DNA of 64,000 bases, from IMG/VR virus record IMGVR_UViG_3300021387_000463, positions 348,754 through 412,753 of that record; one strand, given 5' to 3'. How positions within the stretch are numbered: the stretch's first letter is position 1; each line of letters starts with the position of its first letter. Shown one piece after another: positions 10,293 to 19,150 of the stretch. The stretch comes from a virus. Taxonomy: Duplodnaviria; Heunggongvirae; Uroviricota; Caudoviricetes. The position numbers were made by a program, and so were the translations under genes. A model generated the notes under the pieces. The model saw only the letters and a list, made by a program, of their open reading frames with translations, was not told the origin of the DNA and searched no databases.

Positions 10293-10919
10293 ATGAACAA
10301 ACTATTTTATTACTATGGCTCAATGGCTTCAGCTAAAACACTGAGGCTATTGAGCACAGCTTACAACTTTGAGGAAAAAGGTGTACAAATAATGGTACTT
10401 AAGCCATCGTTGGATACAAGAGACGGTGAAGGAGTTATCCGTTCACGTGCTGGTCTTGAGCGTAAGTGTATCATGATTGACAACGAGATTAACTTATACA
10501 AGGCTATAAAGGCATATAAGAACGTTCTAAATGCACAATTTGAAACTCTTAAGTGGGTTATAATCGATGAGTGCCAATTCCTTACCGAAGAACAAGTAGA
10601 CCAACTATCAGATGTTGTAGATTTTTTAGGAATTAATGTAATGTGCTTTGGACTTAGAACAGATTTCCAATCAAAGCTATTTCCAGGTTCTAAACGACTT
10701 TTTGAACTTGCAGATGACATAGAAGAGATTAAGTCAACTTGTGAGTGCGGAGACAGAAAAACCTCAATCAATGCTAGATTTGATGAAAATGGTGAAATTA
10801 TCACTGAAGGTAGTCAAGTCATGATTGGTGGTAATGACAAGTACAGAGCCATTTGCAGAAAATGTTGGAAAGACAAAGTAAGAGATAAATTGTTGAAGGA
10901 AAATGAAACTAAAGCGTGA
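10293..10919 (+). CDS. tdk: Thymidine kinase
   Basis: GSMASAKT P-loop, IDECQFL, FGLRTDF, Zn ligands CEC...CRKC. Confidence 0.95.
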   Translation: MNKLFYYYGSMASAKTLRLLSTAYNFEEKGVQIMVLKPSLDTRDGEGVIRSRAGLERKCIMIDNEINLYKAIKAYKNVLNAQFETLKWVIIDECQFLTEEQVDQLSDVVDFLGINVMCFGLRTDFQSKLFPGSKRLFELADDIEEIKSTCECGDRKTSINARFDENGEIITEGSQVMIGGNDKYRAICRKCWKDKVRDKLLKENETKA

Positions 10920-11112
10920 TTTTAAGGTTGGGACACCCATTCAATTCAAGTGGTACGATAATTGGAAAGATGAGCTTGAAAATCCAACTAATTTTAAGGT
11001 TTTAGAAGGTACTGTTGATTCAAACACAGCAATGGATGAAGTGATAGTATATAACGAGCATGATAGAATGTTTTATGCTGTTAGAAATGAATATATTTTA
11101 AAAGAGTTTTAA
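10903..11112 (+). CDS. Small hypothetical protein (SH3/KOW-like)
   Basis: 69 aa, overlaps the tdk end; 'FKVGTPIQF' start. Confidence 0.6.
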   Translation: MKLKRDFKVGTPIQFKWYDNWKDELENPTNFKVLEGTVDSNTAMDEVIVYNEHDRMFYAVRNEYILKEF

Positions 11113-11115
11113 GTT

Positions 11116-11343
11116 ATGAAATTATTAAGAAAGTATGATATAGGAGATAATATTTCATATACATTTTATGGTGCTAAAAAAAAAGGCAAAATCAGAGAAA
11201 TCCGACACCCATTTCAATACGAAATTGAAGAAGTTTTTGATGATATAACAGTTGATGATTTATTATATGTAATTGAAACAAATGAAAGGGATGAAGATGG
11301 TATAATAGTTGATAATATGATATTAGAATATAATATATTATGA
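11116..11343 (+). CDS. Small hypothetical protein (SH3/KOW-like)
   Basis: 75 aa; 'KYDIGDNISY...KGKIREI'. Confidence 0.6.
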   Translation: MKLLRKYDIGDNISYTFYGAKKKGKIREIRHPFQYEIEEVFDDITVDDLLYVIETNERDEDGIIVDNMILEYNIL

Positions 11344-11368
11344 ATAATTTCGAAAATATTATTAAGTT

Positions 11369-12559
11369 ATGAAGCAGCCAATTAAGAAAAAGGAGTTTAA
11401 GAAGCCAAGTATTGCTAGTTTTAAGGAAAAATATGGTTTAACGATGAAATCAAACAAGGATTTGGTAAAGTCTGTTGCAGATAAGCCTACAGATTTTATT
11501 CCACTTCCAGAAGCATTTGCAGATGCAATTAAACTTCCAGGTATACCAAAGGGTTATCTTACAATTGTGACTGGATGGTCAAACACTGGTAAATCAACCA
11601 TTAAAAATTGTCTTATCGCAAGTTGTATTAATAATGGAATACTTCCAGTTATATATGAGACAGAGAACAACTTTGACTTTCAATATGCGATTGATTGTGG
11701 CATGAAAGCAACACCTATTTATGATGATGTAGAGGTTGAGGATGTTGATGAAGAAACTGGAGAGATTACAACCCATACAGAGAAAAGAATTATTAATTAT
11801 GATGGAGAATTCTTATATTTTGATAATAAGATTCTAGCTGAAATGTATGGTAATCGTGATTATTCAACTGGAAAAGAATCTAAAACTAAACGTAAGGAAG
11901 CAGTTCTTGAGGACATTGCATACTCTATAAATGATTTGTTAGATGCACAAGATAGAGGTGAAATCCAACAGCCAATGTGCTTTATTTGGGACTCTATTGG
12001 TTCTATTCAGTCGTTTAAGTCACTTGAGAGCAAGAGTGGTAACAATATGTTTGATGCTGGTGCAATTTCGCAATCATTCAGCAACATTATCAACAATAGA
12101 ATTCCATCTTCAAAGAAGGTTAGTGAAGAGTTTACAAACACATTCTTCTGTGTTAACAAGATTTGGAATGATTCAATGAATTCAATGGGTGGTGTACCTT
12201 CAATCGAGCTTAAGGGTGGTAAGACATTCTTCTATGGTGCAAGATTGATTATCCATCTTGGAGGTATCGGTAAGGCTGCTACAAAGAAACTTGATGCAAC
12301 TGCAAAGGGTAGCAAGTATCAGTATGGTATCACAACCAAGATAAGAACAACTAAAAACCAGTTACCAACACCTTGGAATGTAACATACGAAGGTGAAATG
12401 TCTTGTGTACATAATGGTCTATTGAATCCAAAGGCACTAGAGGAATACAAGAAAACCTACATGAAGGATATTCTTGCAAAGATTGAAGAGACAAGTGGTA
12501 AGAAACTTGACTTAACAGAAAATGATGTACAATTCACTGAAGAAGATTCTGAAGAGTAA
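11369..12559 (+). CDS. UvsX/RecA-like recombinase
   Basis: Walker A GWSNTGKST, 'IYETE', Walker B FIWDSIGS, 'KGGKTFFY'. Confidence 0.9.
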   Translation: MKQPIKKKEFKKPSIASFKEKYGLTMKSNKDLVKSVADKPTDFIPLPEAFADAIKLPGIPKGYLTIVTGWSNTGKSTIKNCLIASCINNGILPVIYETENNFDFQYAIDCGMKATPIYDDVEVEDVDEETGEITTHTEKRIINYDGEFLYFDNKILAEMYGNRDYSTGKESKTKRKEAVLEDIAYSINDLLDAQDRGEIQQPMCFIWDSIGSIQSFKSLESKSGNNMFDAGAISQSFSNIINNRIPSSKKVSEEFTNTFFCVNKIWNDSMNSMGGVPSIELKGGKTFFYGARLIIHLGGIGKAATKKLDATAKGSKYQYGITTKIRTTKNQLPTPWNVTYEGEMSCVHNGLLNPKALEEYKKTYMKDILAKIEETSGKKLDLTENDVQFTEEDSEE

Positions 12560-12720
12560 TGAGTTTTGAATATACAGTTAAATATAGACCACATCGCATT
12601 GTAGATTATATTATTACAAATGTTAGGCATAATGAAGCTGACGATTCAGTTGTAATAGAATATAGCAATGGGGAATCAATAAAACTTAGTTTAGCAGATT
12701 TAATTGGACATGAAGCTTGA
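12559..12720 (+). CDS. Small ORF, 53 aa (MSFEYTVKYRPHRIVDY...)
   Basis: Translated by hand; TAATG coupling with the recombinase gene. Confidence 0.5.
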   Translation: MSFEYTVKYRPHRIVDYIITNVRHNEADDSVVIEYSNGESIKLSLADLIGHEA

Positions 12721-12847
12721 ACATGTTGTAAAGAAAGTCTATGAACCTATACATAGAGGTGGATGGGAATTTACATTTACGCCACCACAATGGATTATAG
12801 ATTGGTGTGAAGATAAGGCATTTATTGAAACAGTAGAATACATATGA
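12710..12847 (+). CDS. Small ORF, 45 aa (MKLEHVVKKVYEPIHRGGWEF...)
   Basis: Translated by hand; overlaps both neighbours. Confidence 0.45.
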   Translation: MKLEHVVKKVYEPIHRGGWEFTFTPPQWIIDWCEDKAFIETVEYI

Positions 12848-12921
12848 GTTTAGAAACTGTAGATAGACTATTTGAAGATGATTGGTTGTGGGAATGGGTT
12901 GTGGTACATGACCGATATTAA
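12844..12921 (+). CDS. Micro-ORF, 25 aa (MSLETVDRLFEDDWLWEWVVVHDRY)
   Basis: ATGA coupling; ends just before the terminator. Confidence 0.35.
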   Translation: MSLETVDRLFEDDWLWEWVVVHDRY

Positions 12922-12927
12922 ATAAAG

Positions 12928-12961
12928 AATAGGGGAGAAAGAGATTTCTCCCTTATTTTTT
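12928..12961 (+). terminator. Rho-independent terminator
   Basis: AATAGGGGAGAAA-GAGA-TTTCTCCCTTATT followed by a T run. Confidence 0.75.
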
Positions 12962-12992
12962 GGAATTTTAACATTTTTTTTATATCTTTGCA
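12959..12992 (+). promoter_or_regulatory. Bacteroidota-type promoter
   Basis: TTTG at 12959 and TATCTTTG at 12983; nearly identical to the 6368 copy. Confidence 0.8.
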
Positions 12993-13005
12993 AAAAGGTG
13001 TTAAA

Positions 13006-13314
13006 ATGAAAGATATGATACGTGAATATAAAGGAGAAATGTTTAGAAAATTTGCGTTGAAGCTTAAAAAAGAAGGGCTTTGGCAAAAGTTTATTATTCT
13101 TGAATATTATTTTAGATTTTACAATAATCTAGATAATAACTTAATAACAATATATAAATATCTCAAAAACGAAAATAGTGATAACGTAATATTATTAGAT
13201 TGGGTTAAAGGAAAAAAGAAAGGTAGATTTGGTTCATATTTGGATAGTATGCTGTTTTCTGAATATGACAGATACATATTGCTGAGTGATTTTTTTAAAC
13301 ATTATAAAGTATAA
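13006..13314 (+). CDS. Hypothetical protein
   Basis: ORF track 12988..13314; first ATG after the promoter is at 13006. Confidence 0.6.
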   Translation: MKDMIREYKGEMFRKFALKLKKEGLWQKFIILEYYFRFYNNLDNNLITIYKYLKNENSDNVILLDWVKGKKKGRFGSYLDSMLFSEYDRYILLSDFFKHYKV

Positions 13315-13317
13315 AAT

Positions 13318-13881
13318 ATGACAGACGAGCAAAGAGAAAAAAACCTAGAGCTTTATGTTAAGAAGCTAGGAAAACTTGGTATTGATACAAGTACCTTGAT
13401 TGAAAAGTATGGAGAACTTTTAAAGAATGGTTCTTTCACACAAACAAATGAGTTTGGAAACGCTTACAACGGCTCACTGCTTGAGATTATTTTGAAGGTG
13501 CTTACACCTTATGCAGTGAAAGTAAATGAGTTGCTTCCAGAGGATAGAAGGGTTGATAAGCCTACTCTCGTAAAGGTATGTCTTCTTCACCAAATCGCAA
13601 AGGCAGTTAGATTGATTCCTAACGATAACCAATGGGAGGTTGAGAAGCGTGGCTTTGTTTACAAATACGATAATAACTTACCTTCAATCAGAACTGGTCT
13701 ACACTCCGTTTCAATGTGTTTTGAGTGTGGTATACCTTTGACAACTGAAGATATTGAGGCAATGACAGTTAATGATAGAGACCTATCGGATGACCAAGCA
13801 CGTTGGCACTCAAGTATCATGGCAACAATTGTAAGACAAGCAAGCGAACTAACATATCTTCAAATCAACGATAAGAAATGA
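13318..13881 (+). CDS. HD-domain-like protein with degenerate metal ligands
   Basis: 'NAYNGSLLE...VCLLHQIAKA' matches the HD fold pattern (AYxGGLxEH...LLHDxGK) but reads HQ. Confidence 0.65.
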   Translation: MTDEQREKNLELYVKKLGKLGIDTSTLIEKYGELLKNGSFTQTNEFGNAYNGSLLEIILKVLTPYAVKVNELLPEDRRVDKPTLVKVCLLHQIAKAVRLIPNDNQWEVEKRGFVYKYDNNLPSIRTGLHSVSMCFECGIPLTTEDIEAMTVNDRDLSDDQARWHSSIMATIVRQASELTYLQINDKK

Positions 13882-14474
13882 AATTTTGGAGAAAAAAAGA
13901 AAAGGAAGTACACGTAAAGATTAAAAGGCTACGTGATGATGCAGTAATGCCTACATATGCCCATGAGGGTGATGTTGGTATGGATTTAACAGCAGTCAGT
14001 GTTGAATATGACCAAGAGCATGATATGTACATTTATCACACTGGTCTTGCTGTAGAAACTGATAAGGGATATGGAATACTTTTATTTCCAAGAAGTTCAA
14101 ATAGGAAAACAGACGCATATCTTTGCAACCATGTTGGTATTGTGGATTCATTCATATATCGAGGTGAAATGATGCTATGCTTCAAGAATAGAGACTCACT
14201 TAGGACACTTGCTCTTGAGGCTAGATTCCTTGAATTCTTAAATAATCTCAAGTTTAAGGATATTGATAGGCTTACTCTTGATGAAGCTAAGAAGAATTCA
14301 AGTGTTACTTGGATGGATACAATGAGGAATCCAATGGCATTTGCCCCATATAAGGTTGGTGAAAGGATTGCACAAATGGTAGTAGTACCATACCCTAAAG
14401 TTAAGCTAACTGAGGTAAATCAGCTTTCAGTGACAGAAAGGGGTGAAGGAGGATTTGGTTCAACTGGTAAATAA
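13878..14474 (+). CDS. dut: Trimeric dUTPase with an internal insertion
   Basis: GMDL, PRSS, GIVDS.YRGE, ERIAQ and RGEGGFGSTG motifs. Confidence 0.95.
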   Translation: MKFWRKKEKEVHVKIKRLRDDAVMPTYAHEGDVGMDLTAVSVEYDQEHDMYIYHTGLAVETDKGYGILLFPRSSNRKTDAYLCNHVGIVDSFIYRGEMMLCFKNRDSLRTLALEARFLEFLNNLKFKDIDRLTLDEAKKNSSVTWMDTMRNPMAFAPYKVGERIAQMVVVPYPKVKLTEVNQLSVTERGEGGFGSTGK

Positions 14475-14483
14475 TTCAATGTT

Positions 14484-15089
14484 ATGACAGACGTACAAGT
14501 TTTTAAATGGTTTTGTAAGGAACAAGGAATAATGGCTAATATAAGGGGAATGTACTATGTATCTACCCCTAAAAGATACATGCGAGAGAGAAACGGAGGT
14601 TTTTATAAATTATCTTTTGAAGAGTGGATTCATGAGTTGGTTTCTAGTCGTGGATTCTACAGTCTATTAACTAAGATAGGAGAGGCATATACTTGCAATA
14701 TACTATACAGTCAATACGACCACATGATTCCTAGCATTGAGGGGCTATATACAGACGGATTTAAAAAAGCAATGCAGCGTTGGACATATTTTGTCAGTAA
14801 AAATATTATCGTTGATGACATATCTCTGAAGGTTGGTGATATTGTTTATTATAAGAATCCTTTCAAATGGGATGACCCAGACTGCGAAATGGTTGTTGTT
14901 GACCATATCAATATTAGGGACGGTTATGTAAGTGGGCATCTTAATGGTAAGAATCCTGATGTTTGGGAAAATAAAAGGGATTACATGAATTTATCTCAAT
15001 TAAGGAAATTAGATAATCCACACGAGCAGTTAGAAATAAATTATTCCATTAAGCGTAATAGGAGGGTTTACAATGGGGTTAATAGATGA
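14484..15089 (+). CDS. Hypothetical protein
   Basis: 201-aa ORF within the operon. Confidence 0.7.
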   Translation: MTDVQVFKWFCKEQGIMANIRGMYYVSTPKRYMRERNGGFYKLSFEEWIHELVSSRGFYSLLTKIGEAYTCNILYSQYDHMIPSIEGLYTDGFKKAMQRWTYFVSKNIIVDDISLKVGDIVYYKNPFKWDDPDCEMVVVDHINIRDGYVSGHLNGKNPDVWENKRDYMNLSQLRKLDNPHEQLEINYSIKRNRRVYNGVNR

Positions 15090-16197
15090 TAGAATATGTT
15101 ATACATATGAAGACCTAACAATTAAACCATGTGTTGTTAGCAATATAAACCATCGTGTAGAATGCAATCCTTTCGATAATGGGGGTATGCTACCATTATT
15201 CACAGCACCAATGGATACTGTGGTGAATGAGGATAATTTCAATCTATTCGAATTAAATAAGATTACTTCAATATTACCTAGAATAGAACAATATCCAATT
15301 GACGTTAGAGTAACGTATGCAACTGGAGGTAAGTGGGCAGCTTTTTCACTTGATGAGTTTATACATTATTTCTGTACACCAGTAATCCCAATGTTCAAGG
15401 GATTCCCAATGAAAGCATTAATTGATGTTGCCAACGGACACATGCAGAGACTATTCGATGCAGCCAAGAAAGCAAAGTCAATATGGGGTAGAAATCTAAT
15501 ACTTATGGGTGGTAATATTGCCAATGAGGAAACATACGAACTCTATGCTGATGCTGGATTTGATTACGTTAGAGTTGGAATCGGTGGTGGTAAGGGATGT
15601 CTTAGCACTTCCAATACTGGAGTTCATAAACCAATGGCATCATTGGTGAATGATACTTATCTTCTCAAGAAGAAACTAGAGGAAGTAAAGAAATATGAAA
15701 AACTACCATATATTATTGCAGATGGTGGTATAAGAGGCTACCGTGACATTATAAAGGCGATTGCGCTTGGTGCTGATTATGTTATGATTGGTAGTGTATT
15801 CGCTAAAATGTTTGAATCAGCGTCACAAAAAGTATATGGTACAATGCTTGGTATTGATATTAATTCTTTTAGAGATTTACATTATAATGGAAATAATGCT
15901 GGATGGGAAGGAACATATAGAGGAGAAAAATACAATATTGGGCCAGTTTATGCTACTTTTTATGGTATGGCTTCTAGGGAAGGACAAATTGCTATGAATG
16001 GAGCGAAGACAAAAACTAGTGAAGGTGTAAAGAAAACGCTTGAGGTAGAGTATACAATGGAAGGTTGGGTAAATAACTTTACTGATTATCTACGTTCAGC
16101 AATGTCATATCTTGGTGTTAACACGTTGGAAGAACTTAGAGAAAAGGCAATTTTGGTGGTAAATTCACAAAATGCAGTGAATGCAGTAAATAAATGA
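15073..16197 (+). CDS. GMP reductase / IMP dehydrogenase family protein (no CBS domains)
   Basis: APMDTV, IDVANGH, VGIGGGKGC (catalytic Cys), IIADGGI, ADYVMIG, FYGMAS, SEG, LRSAMSY. Confidence 0.9.
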   Translation: MGLIDDRICYTYEDLTIKPCVVSNINHRVECNPFDNGGMLPLFTAPMDTVVNEDNFNLFELNKITSILPRIEQYPIDVRVTYATGGKWAAFSLDEFIHYFCTPVIPMFKGFPMKALIDVANGHMQRLFDAAKKAKSIWGRNLILMGGNIANEETYELYADAGFDYVRVGIGGGKGCLSTSNTGVHKPMASLVNDTYLLKKKLEEVKKYEKLPYIIADGGIRGYRDIIKAIALGADYVMIGSVFAKMFESASQKVYGTMLGIDINSFRDLHYNGNNAGWEGTYRGEKYNIGPVYATFYGMASREGQIAMNGAKTKTSEGVKKTLEVEYTMEGWVNNFTDYLRSAMSYLGVNTLEELREKAILVVNSQNAVNAVNK

Positions 16198-16199
16198 TA

Positions 16200-16238
16200 A
16201 AAAAAGTGAATAAGAGTTTGTTTCTTATTCACTTTTTT
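16200..16238 (+). terminator. Terminator hairpin, possibly overlapping a weak promoter
   Basis: 16-bp inverted repeat AAAAAAGTGAATAAGA/TCTTATTCACTTTTTT. Confidence 0.7.
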
Positions 16239-16257
16239 GTATTTTTTAAATAAAACT

Positions 16258-16947
16258 ATGGACAAAAATATAGCAGTTGTTGTTTGTTCTAGGAAAACAA
16301 CGGAAGAAAACAAGGATTTCATCGAGCACATTAAGAATACTTGCGGTTGTGATACACATGTTTATTTGATACATAATCCAGACGGAGTATCGTTATCAAA
16401 GATATATGCTGACATGATTGTTAATAGCGAGATTGATAGTGATGTAATAGTTTTTATACATGATGATATTGAGTTCTTGAGAGAAGGATGGGGTAAAGAA
16501 GTGTTAAGACTATTCAATGAGCATACTGATTATGGAATTATCGGAGTAGCTGGTTCTGCTCAGTTTGATGAGAAGGGAGCTTGGTGGAATTATGATAAGA
16601 AGTTTGGACAAGTTCTTCATAGGTCAAACGGAAAGTCTTGGTTAACTGCATTCTCACCGTTACTTGATAAAGACTTACAAGAAGTTGTGGTTATTGATGG
16701 TTTGTTCATGGCGGTACACAGAAGAAGATTAGCAGAGAATTTCAGTAGGGAATTGGAAGGTTTTGATTTCTACGATATACATTTTTGTCTAGCTAATTTC
16801 TTTGAAAAGAAAAGTAAGATTGGCGTTACAACCAACATTAGATTAGCCCACAATTCAATCGGACAGCTTAAGGATAGTTGGTACAAGAATAGGGAGATAA
16901 TCAATAAGAAATTTGGTAATAAGTTCCCAATCGATATTTTAAAATAA
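16258..16947 (+). CDS. Glycosyltransferase (GT-A / GT2-like)
   Basis: 'VIVFIHDDIEF', 'GIIGVAG', 'VVVIDGLFMA', 'FDFYDIHFCL'; start moved to the ATG at 16258. Confidence 0.85.
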   Translation: MDKNIAVVVCSRKTTEENKDFIEHIKNTCGCDTHVYLIHNPDGVSLSKIYADMIVNSEIDSDVIVFIHDDIEFLREGWGKEVLRLFNEHTDYGIIGVAGSAQFDEKGAWWNYDKKFGQVLHRSNGKSWLTAFSPLLDKDLQEVVVIDGLFMAVHRRRLAENFSRELEGFDFYDIHFCLANFFEKKSKIGVTTNIRLAHNSIGQLKDSWYKNREIINKKFGNKFPIDILK

Positions 16948-16971
16948 TTTGGCATGATTTTTGCAATTAAT

Positions 16972-17199
16972 ATGGAACTAGATAAACTACTTACACTATA
17001 TAGCGCAGTAAGTAATATTTGTCAAGATTATTCTAGGATGACAGACGGATATTCGCTCGCAACTGGAGATAAGAGATTTGAACATATTCCAGAAGATATA
17101 AGATTAATGATTAAAGAAAGACAAGAGTTTTTCTCATATAAAGATAAGGTTAGAAACCTTTTGAAAAGTAAAATAAGGGAGGAAATGACTAAACTATGA
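16972..17199 (+). CDS. Small helical hypothetical protein
   Basis: ORF track 16954..17199; ATGA overlap with the next gene; start uncertain. Confidence 0.6.
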   Translation: MELDKLLTLYSAVSNICQDYSRMTDGYSLATGDKRFEHIPEDIRLMIKERQEFFSYKDKVRNLLKSKIREEMTKL

Positions 17200-18194
17200 A
17201 TGCAATAAAGAGATTACAGAAAGCATTGTTGAATTTATACTACGGTTTACCATTTGGCCTTAAGGCTGCTGGAGACGAAATCATGGGTGGTGGTGAAGCA
17301 GACCAAGCAGGAACCGAGATAAACCAACAAGTAACCGATAAGAGAGTGGCAAAGCACTTGTTGAAAGGTGAGGTTACTCAAGAAGTTGAGGAACTTAGAT
17401 ATAGGACATATCTAGTTGCCAATGAATCTGAGAAGTACAAGTACCTAGGCAATGGTGTTGCCGTGAAGGAGGAAAAAGAAAAACCAAAGGATAAGACAAG
17501 ATTTAAGTTCTCACAAGACAATGAGAATATCTGTGAGTCTGTGTTAAGTACAATGAATCAAGTCGGAAACTATGGTGCTGAGAAATATCGTTTTGAGATT
17601 GACTATAATTCATTTGTAAGATTTAAGGTTGAGAAGTTCGCAAAGAAGGTTGATGTCGATATTGATGAGAAAATTGGTAAGATTGAAACAACATTGCACT
17701 TTAATACAGAACCAGACCCATATGATGCAGCCTCAATGCCATTTATCAATGAGCTTAAGAAGTTACTTGGTAACAAAAGCGAGTATTTCATTTCAAAGCA
17801 TGAAATCGCATCATCAATCTATAATCTTTCATTCACAACATACAAGGCATATAATGAAGATGACTTAGTAAGTTATTCATTCATTAAGGGTGGTAAGTTT
17901 AAGGACTTTAGACAAGAAGGATATGAATATCTTTTAACACTTACTTGGGATGAGTATATGAGATTACCACTTGACCTTGAATCAAAGTACTACTCTAAGT
18001 CTATGGCTGAGAAGTATGCTAAGAAGGAGAGAAAGGATGTAGCACCAGAAATGGTCAATACAGAGAGAAAGAGATACTGTTCAGTATGTGGTAGAGAAAT
18101 GTCAGTTTATGACGCAGATATACAAGAGGCAGACGGACATAAGCCAATTTGTAAAGATTGTCTTAATAAAGCCTTGAAAAATGAAGAAAAATGA
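17196..18194 (+). CDS. Hypothetical protein with a C-terminal C4 zinc finger
   Basis: CSVC...CKDC near the C-terminus. Confidence 0.75.
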   Translation: MNAIKRLQKALLNLYYGLPFGLKAAGDEIMGGGEADQAGTEINQQVTDKRVAKHLLKGEVTQEVEELRYRTYLVANESEKYKYLGNGVAVKEEKEKPKDKTRFKFSQDNENICESVLSTMNQVGNYGAEKYRFEIDYNSFVRFKVEKFAKKVDVDIDEKIGKIETTLHFNTEPDPYDAASMPFINELKKLLGNKSEYFISKHEIASSIYNLSFTTYKAYNEDDLVSYSFIKGGKFKDFRQEGYEYLLTLTWDEYMRLPLDLESKYYSKSMAEKYAKKERKDVAPEMVNTERKRYCSVCGREMSVYDADIQEADGHKPICKDCLNKALKNEEK

Positions 18195-18218
18195 TTATTC
18201 TTTATATAAAGAAAAATT

Positions 18219-18818
18219 ATGTTGACAATTGGAATTGAATTAAATCATGTTGTAAGAAATATCAACAGACAGATTCTTAAGAACTATTCAAAGGAATTTG
18301 ACCCATCAATGGAATGGGAAGACCTAGACGATAAGGTGGACATCTTCAAGAAGTACCTTAAGTTCGAGAGCAAGTATGAGAAGAATAATTTCTTGTATAT
18401 CGATTATCCTTTTGAAATATTCGGTGCTTGTCCAGCAATGGAGAAGAATCTTCCAAGGGACATCAATAACTGGCTTGCAGATATTGAGAATATGGAAGAC
18501 GAGGACATTAGAATCATTTTCTACAGTTTGGATGAGGTTGCATTGACAATTCAATCTAGTTATTTCTTCTTAAGTAAAATTGGTTCTAGAGTTAGGAAGG
18601 TTATTTTCCCAACAAAGCTTGAAGAGGTTTGGGACGAATGCGATGCAGTGATTACAGCAAGGAATGAGTTCTTTGAGAAGAAGAAACCAGAAGGAAAGAA
18701 GATTGTTCTCATTAATCGTGAGTTTAACGAGGAACATAAGGATGAGGCAGACTTGAACTATAATAGTTTGAGCGAAATCATCACAGATAATAATTTTTTC
18801 AAAAAGGTTAAGGAATGA
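18219..18818 (+). CDS. HAD-fold 5'(3')-deoxyribonucleotidase-like protein with a degenerate motif I
   Basis: 'IGIELNHVVRN' in place of IGIDxDGV; C-terminal 'KIVLINREFN'. Confidence 0.6.
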   Translation: MLTIGIELNHVVRNINRQILKNYSKEFDPSMEWEDLDDKVDIFKKYLKFESKYEKNNFLYIDYPFEIFGACPAMEKNLPRDINNWLADIENMEDEDIRIIFYSLDEVALTIQSSYFFLSKIGSRVRKVIFPTKLEEVWDECDAVITARNEFFEKKKPEGKKIVLINREFNEEHKDEADLNYNSLSEIITDNNFFKKVKE

Positions 18819-19150
18819 CAAATTCACCATACATTTTTGACTTAAACAACATTACAAGCTTCATCTTTGGTAATCCGAATGAGAAGACCAATGAAGTAGA
18901 AATCACGGACAATTTCGTCTATGACAAAGATACAAAGTCAATGATTCCTAATACTAGGGAAGTTAAGGAGGTTAAGGTTAACGATTACACTGGTCAGAAT
19001 ACCATTCGTTACGACATGATTAGAATGTTTATTGACATCCTTGATTCAATCGAAGACCCAAAGGTGTTGACAATGGGACAGAATATTACACTTAATACAC
19101 TAAAGGCGTATGAGCTAATAAAAGATATAAACGAGGAAAGCAATGAGTGA
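18815..19150 (+). CDS. Hypothetical protein
   Basis: 111 aa, translationally coupled to its neighbours. Confidence 0.7.
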   Translation: MTNSPYIFDLNNITSFIFGNPNEKTNEVEITDNFVYDKDTKSMIPNTREVKEVKVNDYTGQNTIRYDMIRMFIDILDSIEDPKVLTMGQNITLNTLKAYELIKDINEESNE

